A stretch of 64,000 nucleotides of DNA. It comes from a bacterium (GTDB taxonomy: Bacteria > UBA8248). The DNA lies in the NCBI GenBank assembly GCA_965200245.1, contig CBDATS010000004.1, positions 544,001-608,000 of the forward strand. Reading direction: 5' to 3'. This document shows positions 61,081 to 64,000 of this stretch, piece by piece. Numbering within the stretch: position 1 is the first letter of the stretch; every line of letters starts with the position of its first letter. The position numbers and the translations under genes are program-made. The notes under the pieces are model-generated. The model saw nothing but the letters and a program-made list of their open reading frames with translations, was not told the origin of the DNA and did no database searches.

Positions 61081-61989
61081 ATGGAGAAAAGAGTACTCGG
61101 ACGCACTGGTTTGGAGGTCACGGTTATCGGGTTCGGTGCAATGACCATCGGGGGCGTGTTCGGCCCTGTGGATGACGGCGAGAGCAACCGCGCGCTGCAT
61201 GCCGCCATCGATTCGGGCATGAACTTCATCGACACTTCCGACGCCTACGGCGCGGGACACAGCGAGACCGTCATCGGCAAGTTCCTGAACGAGCGTTCCG
61301 ACAAGGGTGATATCCTGATTTTCACCAAGGGTGGGAACGACATGACGACGGGCAAACGCAATTTCGCACCCGATTACATCGCAGGCTGTCTGGAAGGAAG
61401 CCTGAAGCGCCTCGGAGTCGATGCGATCGACTACTACCAGCTTCATAACCCCAACGTCGACAACATGGCGGCCGAGGACAGTTACGCCCTGCTTGAACAA
61501 GCGAAAGCCGACGGGAAGATCAAGCACTGGGGCGTTTCGGTGAACACGGTGGAGGAATGTAATCTGGCTGCGGAACAGGACAAGTCCTCCACTTTGCAGA
61601 TGGAATACAACATTATCAGCCAGGAGGCGGCACCTGCCTTCGCCCGCGCGAAAGAGGCTAACGTGGGCGTGATATCCCGTGTGCCCCTGAAGCGGGGTTT
61701 TCTCTCGGGACGTATCGACGAGGCGTTCGAATTCGCGGAAGGCGACCGGAGAAAAGGCATCCTCTCGCCCGAGAACATCCGCAAATTCCAGACCCAGTTG
61801 AGCCGCACCCGCGAGGTGGCAGACAACCTCGGCATTTCGGCGGCCCAGGCAGCTATCCGCTTCTGTGTTTCGAACGAGAACGTCAGTTGCGTGATTCCGG
61901 GAATCAGAACGCCAGAACAATCTGAACAAAACGCCGCATGCGGGGAATCCCTGCCCGCCGAAGCCGTCAGAAGGCTGCAAGAGGTCTAG
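61081..61989 (+). CDS. Aldo/keto reductase
   Basis: LGRTGLEV..IGFG, FIDTSDAYG.GHSE, SLKRLGVDAIDYYQLH, IPG. Confidence 0.92.
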   Translation: MEKRVLGRTGLEVTVIGFGAMTIGGVFGPVDDGESNRALHAAIDSGMNFIDTSDAYGAGHSETVIGKFLNERSDKGDILIFTKGGNDMTTGKRNFAPDYIAGCLEGSLKRLGVDAIDYYQLHNPNVDNMAAEDSYALLEQAKADGKIKHWGVSVNTVEECNLAAEQDKSSTLQMEYNIISQEAAPAFARAKEANVGVISRVPLKRGFLSGRIDEAFEFAEGDRRKGILSPENIRKFQTQLSRTREVADNLGISAAQAAIRFCVSNENVSCVIPGIRTPEQSEQNAACGESLPAEAVRRLQEV

Positions 61990-62096
61990 GCAGCGCAAGG
62001 CGTCGAGACACAGTGAGTTTTCGATTTTCGCAGAATGGCCATCGCCCTCGATCGAGGGCGTGACGTTCGCGATACTGGATACTGAAGGAGACGAAA

Positions 62097-62498
62097 ATGC
62101 CTGTGACGAATTGGGACAAACTGCCGACGAAGGTCCCGTTCCCCGGAGTGGAAGTGGGACTCGTGAGCGGAAAGCACTGCATGATCAGCTACATTCACGC
62201 GAAAGGCGGAAATTCCACGCGCAGACACCACCATGAGGCGGAACAGATATTCTGCCTGATAAGCGGATCCGCTCGCGTACAGGCCGGAAACGACCCGGTG
62301 GCGGTGCTAAAGCCGGGCGATGTCTGGTACGTGCCTCCGCACACCGAGCATCAGGCGGATTATCTCGAAGACACGGTGGCCTTCGAGGCTTGCGGCCCCA
62401 TACGCAAGGACAATTTCGCGGGTTACCTGCACCAGGACACGCATTTCGTCGAGCAAAGGGATCTCGCGGCGGACATGGAGAAGGAGCAAGCCGAATAG
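62097..62498 (+). CDS. Cupin domain protein
   Basis: HHHEAEQ...G...LKPGDVWYVPPHTEH; AAGGAG RBS. Confidence 0.88.
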   Translation: MPVTNWDKLPTKVPFPGVEVGLVSGKHCMISYIHAKGGNSTRRHHHEAEQIFCLISGSARVQAGNDPVAVLKPGDVWYVPPHTEHQADYLEDTVAFEACGPIRKDNFAGYLHQDTHFVEQRDLAADMEKEQAE

Positions 62499-62532
62499 AG
62501 GAGGAGTGATCAACGGGCACGGGTAACAGCTT

Positions 62533-62578
62533 TCCAGGCACAGAGATACAGGTGCATACCTGTATCTCTGTGCCTGGA
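62533..62578. repeat. Perfect 21-bp-stem palindrome
   Basis: tccaggcacagagatacaggt-gcat-acctgtatctctgtgcctgga. Confidence 0.9.
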
Positions 62579-62982
62579 GCCCCTGTGGGTCCGATTCGAT
62601 TTACGTGGATTCCGTAGCAGAGGCAGATCGTGGCCTGTCCGAGGTTTATGTGCCTGCAGTTATCTCCCGAAACTGCATGTTGGAAATCATTTCGGTGTCG
62701 TGGTTTGCCTCGATGGAGGCGAATGCGTGCAGGGTTCCTGCACGTGGATAATGGCCCTTCATGTATTGCCAACCCTGAAATGACTCCAATGGCAGTCATA
62801 GTCGTCCATGGGGCAGGGCGGCCTACCGTAGCCGTCTGTATTCGTTTTGACCGCAATCACCAGGACAGTTCTCCCCACATCGCATGAGCGAATCGCCTCG
62901 AAAAGGTATACAATCCCCCCTACAGCACTGGCCGCCTGGTGCCGTCATCCCTTCATTGGTTCCAAAGCGAGGAGGAACAAAG

Positions 62983-63864
62983 ATGGAGCGCAAACAAGCG
63001 AGTGATTTCGACCAGGAATTGTTGGATCTGTTTGATGAGTATGTCCACGGCATCATCGGGCGCAGGGAGTTTCTCGACAGGGCAGCCAAGTTCGCCGTGG
63101 GAGGTCTCACCGCCGTTGCCTTGCTGGATATGCTCTCACCCGACTACGCATTGGCGAAACAGGTCGATGAGAACGATGCGCGTATCAAAGGCGAGAACAT
63201 CGAGTATTCCTCTCCCAAGGGGCACGGCAAGATCAAGGGCTATCTCGTGCGTCCGGCGGACGGGGGCAAGCAAGGCGGCGTGGTCGTGGTGCACGAGAAC
63301 AGGGGGCTCAATCCCTATATCGCGGATGTCGCCCGCCGCGTGGCCGTGGCCGGTTTCACGGCCCTTGCGCCCGACGGCCTTACGCCACTTGGCGGATATC
63401 CCGGCAACGACCCCGACGGCAAGGTCATGCAGCGAAAGCTCGACAAGGGAAAACTGCTGCAGGATTTTTTCGCCGCCTACGATCACTTGAAGGCGAACGT
63501 GAACGGCAAGATAGGCGTGGTGGGCTTTTGCTACGGTGGAGGCGTTTCGAACGCCATGGCTGTCCACAAACCGGACTTGGCCGCCTCAGTTCCCTTCTAC
63601 GGCCGCCAGCCCAAGACCGAAGCCGAAGTCGCCAGAATCAAGGCGCCACTTCTGCTCCATTTCGGCGAACTCGACCGTCGCATCAACCAGGGGTGGCCCG
63701 CCTATGAAGCCGCCCTCAAAAAGCACGGCAAGGAATACACAGCGCATTTCTATCCCAAGGCCAACCACGGTTTTCACAACGACACCACGCCGCGCTACGA
63801 CAAGTCAGCGGCCGAACTGGCCTGGAAACGCACGATAGACTTCTTCCAGGCGAAGCTGGGGTAG
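62983..63864 (+). CDS. Dienelactone hydrolase family (YghX-like)
   Basis: [43 protein letters not shown]; GGAGG RBS. Confidence 0.92.
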   Translation: MERKQASDFDQELLDLFDEYVHGIIGRREFLDRAAKFAVGGLTAVALLDMLSPDYALAKQVDENDARIKGENIEYSSPKGHGKIKGYLVRPADGGKQGGVVVVHENRGLNPYIADVARRVAVAGFTALAPDGLTPLGGYPGNDPDGKVMQRKLDKGKLLQDFFAAYDHLKANVNGKIGVVGFCYGGGVSNAMAVHKPDLAASVPFYGRQPKTEAEVARIKAPLLLHFGELDRRINQGWPAYEAALKKHGKEYTAHFYPKANHGFHNDTTPRYDKSAAELAWKRTIDFFQAKLG

Positions 63865-64000
63865 ACGTGCATTTGGGCTTGGAGAAGAAGTTCGTCCGCC
63901 TCGTTCTGATCATCAACGGAATACAGGATCACCTGACCTGATCGGGAACATCTGCACATACTCGAATGCGGTCCTTTGACCGGCAAGGAAGTGTAGGCCT

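Noticed and set aside
1-64000. CRISPR array, cas genes, rRNA, prophage or integrase
   Set aside because: No regularly spaced repeat-spacer pattern and no recognisable motifs for these were seen
63865-64000. Possible RelE-like toxin remnant on the minus strand (..VILYSVDDQ..)
   Set aside because: Too short, degenerate and cut by the window edge

Overview
GC-rich bacterial chromosome segment made mostly of catabolic and redox enzyme genes: an SCS-like CoA ligase pair, cyclase, deacetylase, PLP aldolase, amidase, a hydantoinase A/B operon, a ThDP/ACAD/LLM cluster, CocE/NonD hydrolase, Mo-bisPGD oxidoreductase, aldo-keto reductase and dienelactone hydrolase. There is one tRNA-Val(TAC) and many pseudogenes and IS/defence remnants, which suggests genome erosion, possibly in a host-associated lineage (inference). 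Main highlights: (1) a tandem-rhodanese sulfurtransferase whose catalytic Cys codon is an in-frame TGA followed by a SECIS-like hairpin, so probably a selenoprotein that the ORF track truncates; (2) two orphan NHLP (nitrile-hydratase-leader) RiPP precursor genes 20 kb apart that share a ~120-bp upstream region and carry short aromatic cores, one bracketed by perfect 29-bp inverted repeats; (3) a three-gene periplasmic operon with Asn-Pro-Cys (NPC) repeats and c-type cytochromes; (4) a rearranged TbpB-like surface-lipoprotein locus with an exact 186-bp duplication and a duplicated promoter. All family calls come from motif recognition by eye; no database search was run.
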